Source: the human T2T-CHM13v2.0 reference genome, Homo sapiens. Taken from it: a stretch of 64,000 bases of DNA. The position numbers and the translations under genes are program-made. This document shows, piece by piece, positions 1 to 12,867 of the stretch (its first letter is position 1; each line of letters opens with the position of its first letter). The stretch lies in assembly GCF_009914755.1 (NCBI RefSeq), contig NC_060927.1, one strand, 5' to 3'. The notes under the pieces were generated by a model. The model was not told the origin of the DNA, made no database searches, and worked only from the letters and a program-made list of their open reading frames with translations.

Positions 1-974
1 TCTGTTTGCTTTTCTTCTCACTCGGAGATTACTCATGCTTCAGGACATAATTCTTCAATGAATCCCCAATCTGAGGCTGAGCTTGGTGCCTTCTGATAGG
101 CTCACATAACTGTATTCCAAGGGTCCAATCCACATTTATGAGAAGGAACAAAGGTAGAGACAAGTGCAGCTAAGACACCCACCACATAGCTCTGTTTATG
201 AAGCTGCAAATAACCCACTTACTGAGGTGTCGGCAATGGTATTTTATAGGGGTTTAGAACACCTCATAAAGGCCTTTTATTCAGCATGCTTAATTTTAAA
301 TAGGTCCTTAAATTGTAGGGTATCTAAATGCCAGTGTTCTTTGAATATTTATGTCCTTTCTTCAAGGAGAAAAATAACAGAAATGGCCAAGACAAGGTGA
401 AAGACTAGGCCACCATTTCCAGCTGCTTCAAAGGGAATGGTTTAGGAATAATGGGAGGGAGGTTTCTCTCTTATTAGCAGGGCTGGGAGAGGGATGTGGC
501 AATTAAGAATTCTCTGGCATCTGTGTGCTGAGATTTGGATGGACAAACCTCATCCTGCAATTAGCATGGTAGCTAGTGTGCGAGCAGGCCACCCCACGGA
601 ACAGGTATATGGGTTACCACCAAAGAGCCAGCATGTACTGAGGGCCTGCTATCTGCCAGACTCCTTTCAGAACTTAATTTGATCCTCACTGCAACCAAAT
701 TGGACAAATACTTTGTCACTCCAGAGAGGACAAAAGTGAGGATCAATAAGGTAAGCAACAGGTTCAAAGACTTAGGACTAGTAAGCAGTGGAACCAGAAT
801 TTAATTTCTGTTTGCCCTTGGGGATTTGCTTCCCAAGCTTCTCCATTGTAAAATGAAGATGAATAGTAAAGCAACAACCTGGGTGACAACCAAATGAGAT
901 CATCACCATAAATATAGCCCAGTGCCAAATATATAGTGCTTGATCAATGCTAACGTCCATCATTGTATTTTTAT

Positions 975-1225
975 TAAAAAGCACTTGTAGAGTACTTACT
1001 ATATGCTAGACTCTCTTCCAACCACTCGGCAAGTCTTAACACATTTGATCGTCAGAACAACCCCAAGAGGTGGGATCTTTATCATCTTACAGATGGGGAG
1101 TGGAGGTACAGAGAGATTAACTGAATCATCCAAGGTCACAGTGAGGCAGTGGCACAGCTGGGGCTCAATCCAAGGCGGTCTGCCTACACAGCCTCTGCTG
1201 TGAACCACTATTCTGCATTGCCTCT
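975..1225 (-). mobile_element. MIR SINE
   Basis: Antisense MIR core: ttacagatgggga...gaggtacagagagattaactgaatcatccaaggtcaca. Confidence 0.85.
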
Positions 1226-1290
1226 GTTAGGTTTCCTCCCTGTGGAATCACTGTGAGTATTGGTGGTCTACAAACACTGCTGGGTCTAGA

Positions 1291-1475
1291 CCAGGGGTTT
1301 TCACAGATGAGTATGTATTGGTATCATCTGGAGGGTTGTTATCATATAGATTGCTGGGCCCCACCCTAGAGGCCCTGGTTTGGTGGGTCTAGGGTGAGCT
1401 GAGAATGTGAATGTCTAGCAAGTTTCCCAGTGCTGCTGGTGCTGCTTGTCTGGGACCACACTTGGAGAGCTATAG
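1291..1475. mobile_element. MER5A-like hAT-Charlie MITE
   Basis: agattgctgggccccaccc...caagtttcccagtgctgctggtgctgcttgtctgggaccacactt resembles MER5A. Confidence 0.75.
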
Positions 1476-1656
1476 GTACAAAGCACAGGCCAGGCTTGCC
1501 CTCTCCTACATCCAGCCAGGATGGGCTGTAATAGTCTCTCTCAGCTCTCTGCCCATTCATGCTTTTCCAGGACTCATACTGAAGTCGGGTTCCACTTCCT
1601 CCTTAGTGTTTGTCTGATAAATTCTGTTTTCCCTTTCTTCTTGATTCTATAGTCAG

Positions 1657-2069
1657 TGCTGTGGTTTGGATATGGTTTGGCCCCATCAAAATTCATGAGA
1701 GATTTAATTGTCAGTGTAACAGTATTGGGAGGTGGTGGTTTTAAGAGGTGATTAGATGGTCAAAATGAATTCATCTCTTTCTCAGAGGCTGGGATAGGTC
1801 CCATGGGAATGGATTGGTTCTTGTGGGAGTGGGTTGTTGTCATGACTTTGCCTCTTGAGTTTGGTCTCTCTCTCCTGCACTCTCCTGGCCTTCCCCTTTT
1901 CCATCATGTTGTGATGTGGCACAAGGCTCTCACCAAAAGCTCACCAGAGGCCGGGGCCATGCTTCTTGGACTTTTAGGCCTCCAGAATTGTGAGCCAAAT
2001 AAACCTCTTTTTAAAATAAATTACCCAGTCCAAGTATTCTGTTATAACAACACAAAACAGATCAAGATA
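1657..2069 (+). mobile_element. MaLR solo LTR (MSTC/MSTD/MLT1A-like)
   Basis: Starts tgctgtggtttgga; contains cctccagaattgtgagccaaataaa and aattacccagtc; 5-bp TSD gtcag/gttag. Confidence 0.9.
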
Positions 2070-2086
2070 GTTAGTGACACTCTAGC

Positions 2087-2755
2087 CCAGGGCCAGCTCT
2101 GTGGGCACAAAACAAGGCACACAGGCCCTGTGTTCTGAAGGGTGGTTGAATGCTCCTGGATTTAGTCTTAAAATTTGTGATAACTTATCTCTGAATTTGT
2201 GTTTTATAAGTGAAGCCTGATAGGACAATGGAACATGCTGCCAAGGCTGAGCTTTGGCTCACACATGGTCCCGCCTCCTGCTATCTTTAGGTTTTGCCAG
2301 GATGGGTTCTCAGCTGCCTGCTCCCACTCCCAAGCATCCTGGGCCTTGCCTAGCCTTCTCCTTCCCCTCCCTGCCCTATGCTGCTAAGGGTGGTGACCAG
2401 GTTGCATTGCTTGGAGGAGGCCTATGGTCTTCTGTCACCCTCTTCCCCTAGCTGTGCCGAGGTGCGGGTATAGGGAAGGTCAGGATCGAGTGGGTGCCCC
2501 ATGGCATCTCAGGGTGGGACAATGTGGAAGCTACTCTCACTCTGGCCAGCAGTGCCACAGCACACTCAGTGGAGGCTTGCAAAGGCCTGCCATTCACCTT
2601 CAGTCCTGGTGGGGACATGCAGCAGCTTGGAGCTGGCCTGACCACTGTGAGTTGAGGCAGCAGGTCTGTGGGAAGAGGTGATTGACTTTCTCATCCCCGG
2701 CCAGAGCCCCACATTTTCATTTTGTTCTGGACCCTAAAAACTATGCAGCTTCCCC
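2087..2755 (+). mobile_element. MER45-family hAT-Tip100 element (long form)
   Basis: cagggccagct start and gccccacattttcattttgttctggaccc end resemble MER45 termini. Confidence 0.6.
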
Positions 2756-2837
2756 AATCCAGCCTTTAGCTGGGCTGTCCAGCACTGTAGCCGTGGGCCC
2801 TGTACTTCTGCAGTGTTCAGAAATAGGTGTGGCATCT

Positions 2838-2981
2838 TCCACCTTCTGGACTCTTTCACAAAAGTCACTCCATAGGAGTTAATATTTAAATATGGTGTTC
2901 GTTATAGTAAAGTGTGCTCAGCTTGGAAAGGTGCACATCACAGCCATATGACGCTCAGTCACATGGCCACCTCTAACTGCA
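2838..2981 (+). repeat. Diverged local direct copy of 4202-4342
   Basis: Manual alignment, roughly 80-85% identical over about 140 bp. Confidence 0.9.
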
Positions 2982-3360
2982 TCTCCAGTAGTGTGCTGGC
3001 ACACAGTAGGTGATCTGTTTGTTGGTGCTTGGAGTTTGATCTGTTTAATCTGAGATACTTGAGGTGTGGTCGTGAAGGTGGGAGATGGCTCGTCTGGACT
3101 CTATGATTGTTTCTCCTGTTATGTGCTTTTTATTTACAGTATAGGAATAAGAACATAAATAAGTCACAGTGAAGTTCCCAACTGTAGATCACTTGGGATA
3201 GAATTCAGTGAGGGATCCTCACTTTGGCCCATGTCCTTATTCATACATTCATTTATTTAGCCCACTTTTACTGAAGGGTGATGAGGTTTAAGGACAGGGC
3301 ATATGGAGAAATTAGGGCAAAATCCCTCCTTCCAGAAGTTCTTACAACAATGAGGAGGAG

Positions 3361-3724
<364 letters not shown>

Positions 3725-4099
3725 CTAACTGCTCTAATAAGGATGAGGAGAGCAGGGAGATGGCTTGACTCATTCAGCCACATATCCACCATTCTTCTCT
3801 TTTTCTCTCTGTAAAAATGACACATCTTACCAGGGGAATCGCTGTGTGCAAATTATCTTAAGAGAAAATGAGAAAGTGCTTCCCTGGATCAGGTACACTT
3901 TGTCACCAGGGTTTTCATAGCATCAGTGGTCTCATCCAACTCTTGAGTTATTCCATAGTTTCTCTTTTTCCCATGAAAGATGAAGGACAAGAAAGAACAT
4001 CATTAGAAACTTGTTTTCCTGTATGTTAAGGAGAGTAACAAGCATGTCCTTTCCCTTGAATTAAAGAAAATGGCACCAGTAGAAGACCGTGAAGGCATT

Positions 4100-4385
4100 T
4101 TTGCCTCCAGGTAAAGGAGACAGAGAGAAGGGTTACAGATCTCCTTTTCATGGGAAGGTAAAGCCTCATTCAGGTAGGCATTTGTGAGGAAGCCAGGGAA
4201 CTCCACCCTGGATTCTTTCATAAAAGTCACTTCATATGAGTCAATATTTAAGTACATGTTTGTTACAGTAAAGTGTGCTCCATTTGGAAAGGTGGATATC
4301 ACGGCCACATGACACTCAGTCACATGGCTACCCCTCACTGCAAAAGAGAGCAAGATACATGGTCTAGTTGTGTGCCCAGAAGCAA
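4100..4385 (-). mobile_element. Old MaLR LTR fragment (MLT1J/K-like)
   Basis: tcacatggctacccctcactgca...ggtctagttgtgtgcccaga resembles antisense MLT1J/K start. Confidence 0.45.
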
Positions 4386-4624
4386 TCATCAGCCAGACTC
4401 TGCTGCAGGTATCATATGTCATATGAGGTTTGCACATATGTTGTGCAGGAAAACTGTCCAAGAGAAAATTGGGAGCCTCTTGAGTGTAAATCCTGGAAAC
4501 TCAAAAAGCATGCCAGGTATTGTGATGATGAAAGAAGGATGTGTCACTCTGGGAAGGATGAGTTTTAACTCCCATCACCCTTTGCATTTACTAAGACTTA
4601 GGCTATCTTTGTCACCCATTAATT

Positions 4625-5340
4625 AGCTCATTTAAAAACATTGTACTGGGTGCCTGCAAGTTTGTCAGAGCTTCCTATAAGTGCCACAAATGAGTCCTCC
4701 CCTGACTTGGGGCATGCCTGATCCAGTGGGGAGATAGAGAGTAAGTGCTAGAATGGTAAGTCCACCATTTCAGGTGCTCTGCCGGAATTCTGCCTGGAGG
4801 AGGTGTAGGGAGAGACAGAGAGAGAAGCTTTTGGCAGGGTATAGGGGGATCAGGAGAGACCTTGGAGAAGAGGGGAAGTATGAACTGAATCCTGAGAAAT
4901 GAGAATACAACATAGAAGCATGAAGTGTTTAAGAGCATTGAGTTTGTCATGAAAGAGATCTCAGGTCAAAATCCCAACTAGCCACTAACTAACTGTGTCA
5001 CCATGGATGTTACTCAACTTTTCTAACTTGCAGTTTCTTCATCTGTAGAATGGGTACAACAAACCAGTCTTTGCAGTAATATAATAACCTGGTATTGAAC
5101 GTGATAATACTTTGTGCGGGGCAGATCAGGAAAGGCATTCCAGGTGCAGGGAGTGGCAAAAGCACAGGTGAGCAGTGGTGAAATGGCTGGGGCATGGTAA
5201 ACTGGTTGGAGAGTTGGGTGCAGAGACAAGCACGAGGGCAGAGGTAGAAGGCAATGAAGGGGGAGGGAGGGTGCTCTTGACAGACCCTGCAGAACGAGGG
5301 GGTCTTTAAAAGATTTCGAGCAAAGGAGTAGCAGAGCCAC
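4625..5340 (-). mobile_element. L2 LINE fragment interrupted by MIR
   Basis: Antisense L2 motifs, e.g. ggcattccaggtgcagggagtggcaaaagcacagg. Confidence 0.6.
4925..5110 (+). mobile_element. MIR SINE
   Basis: ttaagagcattgag...cagtttcttcatctgtagaatggg. Confidence 0.75.
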
Positions 5341-6077
5341 ATGAAGCAATGCCACCTGTGTGTGCTGAAAAGCCCCTAAAACCACACCCCTTTTGGGACC
5401 CCATCTCCTGACAACTGGAGTTGCAGAGAGTCTGAGGTAAGGGGAAGTGTTGAAACTTTTCCTCTCTGCTGTTGACTTTTCATGTCCCACTCTCTGGGAG
5501 GCGCATGGCAATCCCATCGGCACATCCCTGGAAGGGCAAATGGCACCACAGCATTTACATATATGCCAGGGAAACCCCTTAGTGAAACCATCTAGTTAGA
5601 AGTGTGCCAAGAGCTGGCACAGAGAGAGAAGTCAGGCCCGGTTCACTAATTATACTAACTTCAAAACAAACAGAGGATATGGGCTCAGCAAATGGCATGG
5701 GGAAATATCAACACGCATAAACAGGAAGGCATAGGAGCCATATGTTGGCTGCTCTCCACCCACACAGCTTCTCCACATACGTCCCTTCATCCTGCACTTC
5801 TGAGGATGACTGGTAGAGAAGTGAATGCTCATGATCAGACATGAGCAGATAATCAGCTGCACAGTGATAGCCATCCGAGTAGCTTCATCTCACACATGAC
5901 CCTACTGACCCTCACGGGCTCCTCTCTTGAGAATCTTAGGGCCTTGAGAGTACTGAACCAGAGATCAGAAGTTTTGTATTTAAGAGTTAGTTCTGCCCTT
6001 GCTTGCAGGGTAACCTTGACAGTTAATTCGTTTGGCTGTAAAGTGGAGATGATAATAACTACTCCACAAACAAGTAG

Positions 6078-6400
6078 GAATCATTCATTCTTTCAGCAAA
6101 TATCTCCTAAGCCCTTACTCTGGTCCAGACTATGTGCTGGGCCCAGGAAACAGGGAGATAAATAAGATGGGGCCTCAGGGAACTCCCAGTCTAGCTGGAA
6201 AGTCATCTCCATAAAAAGGTGTTCAGACCTAGGGCACATGGCAGCCAGCAGTGGTGTCTAACTTGAGAAGAAAGCTTCCTGGAGGGTCTCCGTTTCTATG
6301 TGAAGCAGGAGACAAGGTCATGCACTGAGAGCAACGGGCATGAGGAGGTGGTAGAAATGTCAAGAACATGGTAAGGGTGTGAAATGGTTGATGAGGGGAA
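6078..6400 (-). mobile_element. L2 3' end
   Basis: cattcattctttcagcaaatat...ctatgtgctggg...aactcccagtctagctgg. Confidence 0.65.
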
Positions 6401-8999
6401 TATGAGAAGCAATTGAACAGGGATTGCCAAATGGTGGCTAAGAGGCTCCTTGTGACAACTGAAGGAAACTGTGTGTATAAAAGCAAGTGATAAATTGCTT
6501 AGGGCAATAGTGTTGTCAGGTTTTGCTAACAGTTTTATTGGTACTTACTAATACTTCTCTGGATGGAACCTACACCTGGCACACTTGTTGGCTAATGCAG
6601 CCTCTCTACTGTGTTTCCTCACTCATCCATGTGTATTCCTGCCCTGTCCACAGCTCACATGCCCCTGCTCCTTCCTCTTCATTCAAATAAACCTGCCTTA
6701 TTTGCTAAGGCTCTGCTCCAGGCCTACTTGATTGGGAAGCTCCCAGAATGCTATGGTCACTGTATCTGCTGCATGAGTGCTCTCCCTTTCATCTAGGGTC
6801 TGGCACCCCTTGCTATCGGGGCCTCTCACTTGACTGTGTCCATAGTCCCTCGGTTCTTTCTCAAGTGTGCCCTTGGTCTCCCACTAGCCTTCTGTCTCCA
6901 GAGGTGTGCTCACAGCCCCCACTTGAGGAGAACCGATGGGAGGGCCTGCCTTCAGAAAGCCGAGTGCTGGGGTGGGAGACAGACCATCTCAACAGCGGTC
7001 ATGTCTGGGCAGTGAGGATGCTCTAGGACATGTGGTTCCCATGGGATCAGGGAGTGCTTCTTGTCCATCTCTAGATCCCAGGTCCTGTCACACAGTAGGG
7101 ACTCTATTGCCTCTTTCCTTCCTTCCCTGTCTTTTCCTTTTGTTTTCCTAAGCCTTTGCTGAGGACAAACACTGTGCAAGGACCAGGAGATATAGAGTCG
7201 AAAAAACGGGATTCTCAAAAAACCCAGTCTTAGCTCTTTCAGTTCTTGCCCTATCTTAGCTACACCCCAAATATTTGTTAATCTGAACTGAAGTTTCTAC
7301 TGAAGGTAAACTTCTGACCCTCTGAGGAGGACTTTCCCACCCTTCTTCATTTCAACCAGTTCTCGTTTCACAGGAACCATTGAGCTTCTACCCCGTGTTT
7401 GGCATCTCCTCCCCTCAGGATTGAGTGACCTGTGAGGGGACAGGGTCAGGACATCAGAACCTCAGAGTGTCAAGCTATGCAAAGTTTCCCCCAAACACAG
7501 AATGTTGGAGTAGCCTCCACCAGGACAACCTTTTTCACTCCTCATCAAGGAGGCATTAGCTTGCTCTAATCTGCAGGCTCTAAGACTACTGGTGAGCTAG
7601 AGGACCCTGTGGGTAGCTGAATGTCTTCATGCCATTCAAAGAGACAGAAGGGAGAAGGTTTAGAGCCAGGGTGAGTGACAAAGAGCAGCAGAGACCTCAG
7701 CCCCTCTACAGCAGTGTGCATGAAAGGACCTGTCTTTCTATGAGAAGGGTAGACCCAAACTCCCTCAAAGGCAAGGGGACTTGGGTGGGAGGGGTATCTT
7801 GGCCAATAATGATGCAATAACCAGTGCTTAGGAGGCACTGGCAGTAGGCCAGAAGTGCCCTTATTGATTAGTTTGCTGTTCTTTGATGGAGGTACCCATA
7901 TTGCCAGAAAGAAGATAAAGTTTGGAGAATTGAGAGGACTAGGGAGTGATGGAGCTAGGATTTAAGTCTGTGTCTGCCTCAGTCTCTCTCCCATGTTCTT
8001 AAAAATTAATCCATCAGGGAACCAAATCCTGATTATTATGTATTTGCTACTTATATGTCCAGACCTGGGCATAGCTGGGGGACAGGTGGGGTGGGGAGCA
8101 GGTCAGAAGGAGGGGAAGTTATAGTCTCTACCCTCCATTTAAGTCAACAACCCATCCAGAGCACCACTGCAAGCCCAGCCACATCGAAGGAGGCCTGTAG
8201 GCCATGCTGAGAAGAACAGACCCTATCCTGAAGGCAGTAAGGCTGTTGAAGGGCTTGCAGAAGGGGCAGGCAGCTAACCTGACAATTTTGGGGGGACCAC
8301 TGGGACAGTAGTGTAGAGAACAGATGAGAGAGGCAGCAAGGTTAGAGGCTGTGAGATCAGTGAGGATGTGTCAGTGGACTCTATTCTATGGAAAGTTCTG
8401 TGCCTGGTGTAGTGGGGAAACAGACATTTGGGATGTCTTGGACCTGCCCTCACGGAGCTGGGGACCAAATCTATGCAAATCCCTAGCAGATATTCTCATG
8501 TTGTATGTGAGATAGGCCAGGTGTCAGAAGAGACCTGAAGGATCAGAGGAGAAAGTGTATATGAGCAGGGAGGTTTCCTGAAAACAGGGGTGGGTGTTCA
8601 CTCTGAGTGCTGAAGGAAGGAGAGGGCTTTGATAGGTCAATACAGGTAAGGTGAAGGAGGCCAGTACAAGGACACATGAACAGGCATGGCCTGGGACATC
8701 AGATAAGGAAAAAATTGGTGAGGCTTCCTCTTCGGCCATAGGAGAGCAGGAGGAAATGAAGTTGGAGAGGGGTTTGGGGTCTGCCAAGGAGTCTGGGCAT
8801 TGTATGAGAACCAAGAAACTCAGAAGGGCTCTCAACTCAGGAAGATGTTGAGGGGGGATGGGCTGGCAGAGGAGGGCAGGGCATTAGATCAGACAAGGCC
8901 CAGCAGAGAAAAGAAAGTGCAGAACACCTAGCTCAGTGGAGCAAATTTAATCTGGAAATTAGCAGCCCCAGGAATCCCTAGGCACTGGTGAAGAGGGGG

Positions 9000-9265
9000 C
9001 TGTGGAGACAAAGGGAAGAAGTTTGCCAGAGCCTATGATGGGGGCCACAGCCATAAAGATGATCAGCTGTGGCTGGAGACGCCATGTGAAGCAGAGAGAG
9101 CAGGGGATGAATACCCTGGCTTCTCTCTTTCTCCTGCCATCCTCGTTGGTTGAGCCAGCCAGAAGCCTGCTGACCTAGGAGCTTGGCAAATATAGACTTA
9201 AGAAGGTCAGCCCCTCTGTCCTGCAGGGCAGAGTAGGGGAAAAGCAAGTAATGGACATAAGGGAA
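9000..9265 (-). mobile_element. ERVL LTR33/LTR41-like fragment
   Basis: ttggttgagccagccagaagcc...aggtcagcccc...cagagtagggg resembles the antisense LTR33/41 5' end. Confidence 0.55.
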
Positions 9266-9725
9266 AGCAGTCCCAGGGCCAGCAGGACCTGGCATTCAAC
9301 CCCCTACTGCCCGGTCCACAGCTGTTCATATGATATGAGAGACCTTTGTGGAAATGTGCCCATTGACTGATGGATGGTCTGACTTTCATGCTCTGGGCTT
9401 TCTGTGCCCTGTTGGGAGATCATGGAATCCTGGGCTGCAGGCTCAGCAGCCTGTGGTAACAGAGGACACAGGGGATGACTTCTGGGGACAGGACTGTCAA
9501 TGAGGGCCTGCCCGTGGGCTCCAAGCCTCACCTCTCCACCACCTCTGGCTCTTTGCTGCCCATACCTCTCACTGCCTTTTTGCCCAGTCGGCATTTCCCT
9601 GCTTCTTCACAGTAATCGCCATTGACGGCTATTGACTGATGGTGACAGGACTGAGAGCTAAAAGCGAGGGAGTGAAGGATTTCCACAAGTTCTGGCTGTG
9701 CTGCCCAAACTCAGCAAGGGGAGCT

Positions 9726-10091
9726 TGTGATATTTAATACTGAGTGTCAACTTGTTTGGATTGAAGGATGCAAAGTATTGATCCTGGGTGTGTCTATGAG
9801 GGTGTTGCCAAAGGAGTTTAAATTTGAGTCAGTGTGCTGGGGAGGGCAGACCCACCCTAAATCTGGTGGGCACAATCTAATTAGCTGCCAGCGAATATAA
9901 AGGAGGCAGAAAAACGTAAAAAGGCGAGACTGGCCTAGCCTCCCAGTCTACATGTTTCTCCCATGCTGTATGCTTCATGCCCTCATTGAACTCCAAGTTC
10001 TTCAGTTTTGAGACTGGCTCTTCTTGCTCCTCAAGCTTGCAGACAGCCTATTGTGGGATCTTGTGATCGCGTAAGTTAATACTTAATAAAA

Positions 10092-10128
<37 letters not shown>

Positions 10129-10179
10129 TGTGTGTGTATCCTATTAGTTCTGTCCCTCTAGGGAACCCTGGCTTATACA
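9726..10179 (+). mobile_element. MLT2A (ERVL) solo LTR
   Basis: tgtgatatttaatactgagtgtcaactt...cctattagttctgtccctctagggaaccctggcttataca; TG...CA ends; TSD gagct/gagat. Confidence 0.95.
10097..10137. repeat. (TG)n microsatellite within MLT2A
   Basis: About 20 TG units with one interruption. Confidence 0.95.
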
Positions 10180-10361
10180 GAGATACTCATCTTTTGTTCA
10201 AATTCTTAAGCCTAGTACTCCCTTACTCCTCATTTCTCCTCCTTCTAAAGAGGACCTCTTTGGGCTCCAGTTGAGAATCGTCTCCTCCAGAAAGGCTTCC
10301 CTGATTGCTCCAGTCTGCAGTCTGACAGCAGGTATGATTGGTATCGAAGCCTCTTAAAGCA

Positions 10362-10547
10362 GAGATTCCCAAACTTGAGTGTGCATCAGCAACACCTGGA
10401 GGGCTTGTTGAATCACACATCGCTGGCTCCCACCCCAGCATTTCTAATTCAGTAGGTCTGGAATGGGGCTGGAAAATTTGCTTTTCTAACAAGTTCCCGG
10501 ATGTGTCTGATGCTGCTGGTCTAAAGTGATTATTACTACTTAGTGGG
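10362..10547. mobile_element. MER5A
   Basis: caaacttgagtgtgcatcagcaacacctggagggcttgtt...tctaacaagttccc...tgatgctgctggtc. Confidence 0.85.
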
Positions 10548-11351
10548 CCTATGTCCTGTTTCCTTAATAACCCAACAAGATCTTTTGAGTCAGAGGGAAG
10601 GTAGCCTCTTTATCAAGAGCCATACCTAATGTTTTGGTAAAAGCTACTGCTTAATAAGTCATTGCTCATATATTAACTAAAAAAGATTTTTTTTTCTTTG
10701 TGGGCGTAGAGAAAAGGAAGGGAAGAGAGAAGAGTTTAAGGTTATTGGACTAAATTTTATGATACTATAAAATTTTGAAATTTACCAATAAAGTGGCTCT
10801 TTCTCCAGCTGGTAAGTTAGTATGCAAAGCATTTAGAATGATGCCTGTAACATGTTAAATGCTGTATAAATGATGATGATGATTATTATTAGAGGGTACT
10901 AGAATTCTGCTGAGTTCCTTGATGTGCACAATCTCTGTACCAAGACATTTGAAGAGACAGAAAGGACCACTTTGGGTCTTGGACTACCCAAGATTTTCCA
11001 TTTTCTAAGGTTAAATGCACCCAAATGTCAATAGCACCTACATTTTGAAGGGTAGATTATGGATGAGTTTTATTTTCTTCTTTATACCTCTCTGCACTTT
11101 CCTCATTTTCCACTACAAACATGCATTATTACCATAATCAGCAGAAAAATGTTTTTGACAAAGCCCTGGGCATCTCCAACACAATAGTACACAAGGCACA
11201 AATTCAGTGCTATGGACTGAACAATCACTTTACCACCAGGAGATACTAATCATTCATTCTTTCTTCCATTTATTCATTTGTTTATTTGCTTAAAATACTG
11301 ATTGGGCATTTACATTTGTTACCCCTGTACTAGGATTTAATGATACAAAGG

Positions 11352-11600
11352 CAATGTAGCCAGCAGTTAAGGGCATGGTTTTGGCATCAGCAAGACCAGG
11401 AGTCTAACTATCTCACTACCTGAAGGCTGGGTGATTGAACAATTTACTCTTCCTCCGTGTGTATCAAGGTACTCGTCGGCAAATGGAAATCATAATCCTA
11501 CCTTTGTTCCATGGTCTCTGTGAGGATGAAATGTGGGAAGCCCATGCCCAGCACATGGCCAGCATTTGCTGAATGCAGGCTGTTACGGCTGCGGTCATTG
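11352..11600 (+). mobile_element. MIR SINE
   Basis: cagttaagggcatgg...gtgaggatgaaatgtg...cccagcacat. Confidence 0.7.
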
Positions 11601-12399
11601 TTCTGAGAGCTAGTTCTTATCAAAGTTTCTTAACAACACCAGTGATTCCAGGACTCCCACATGATGGCTCTCTCAGCTGTCACCACCTGAGATTTGGTGG
11701 GGATTATCATCCTCATTTTTGAGATGGGGACTGTGAAGTTTAGAGGACTAAGGAACTGACTCAGAGAACCACACAAAAGTCCAGGCTCCTGCCCTGATGG
11801 GACCTCTGGTCACATCACTGGGCATATAGGGTGACAGAGTATGGCCAACCTTCTCAGCTAATGCTTTGCTTCCTGCTTGGCACCAAGAAGCTGAGTTCAA
11901 TTTTGTTGCCTTTGGTGTCAATTATCCAGCTCCAATGTCTACTAAAATTAGGGAGATGTCATTTTCTAAGAAGTAAAGGCCAAAACAGGAATCCTAACTT
12001 AGTTCACATGGGTGGCAACTCACACCTGCCATGGTAAAGATGAGGCTCCATGACACTGCATTAAGTGAGTTGAGCTGCAAAAAGACCCTTTAGGAACTGA
12101 AAGCTTCTGCCTTAAAATAAATATTTTTAACCAGGGAGCACAACAAAGCCTAAAACACTAGTGAAACCATTTTTCAACATCAGTTATATGATTGAAATAA
12201 ATGAGACAGTGATGGCACACTGAATGAAATGGCGGGTACCTTGGGAATGTGAGAATCAGTGGATTGTGAGGGGTTTGCTTGCTTCATGCATGATGTGCCC
12301 TTTTGGAGATTGTAGTGCCACTTCTCCAAGGGAGAGACCCAGTGTGTTCACCGAAGGTCATGATGTCCTTCGCAAAGAGGAGCCAACATGGACAGGTAG

Positions 12400-12560
12400 A
12401 AACCCAACCTCGCTGGAGACAGGTGGGAAATCCAGCTTTTGGTCCCAGCGTCAGCACTGTGTGGGCTTGAATAAGTCATTTAACACCTCTGAGATTCAGA
12501 ATTCTCATCTGTAAGACTAATAATGGCATCTCCACAGTGATATTGGGAACATTAAATTAG
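12400..12560 (+). mobile_element. MIR fragment
   Basis: aagtcatttaacacctctgagattcagaattctcatctgtaag. Confidence 0.65.
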
Positions 12561-12867
12561 AAGGTGGGTAAAGAAGTTTCTTGAGAGCTAGGGAATGCTA
12601 TGTAAATGGCATTTTTACAATAAACATAAAAAGTAGTGAAGCTTTATTTGTGGTGGTATTAGAGGCTAACGTCTTCCACAAATGGAGATTTTCAGATAGG
12701 TGGGGCTTATGTGGGTTTTGTAGTTCTTCCTTTTTTTTTTTAGAGGAAGAACCTGTACATTCTGTTACATGTGTCTGACTTCTTAGACACTGCCTATTGC
12801 TTGCTACCTTTTGTTATTGTTGTTGTTCGCTACTTTAGCCTTTATAAGGCTGTCAGCTGCTATTTTT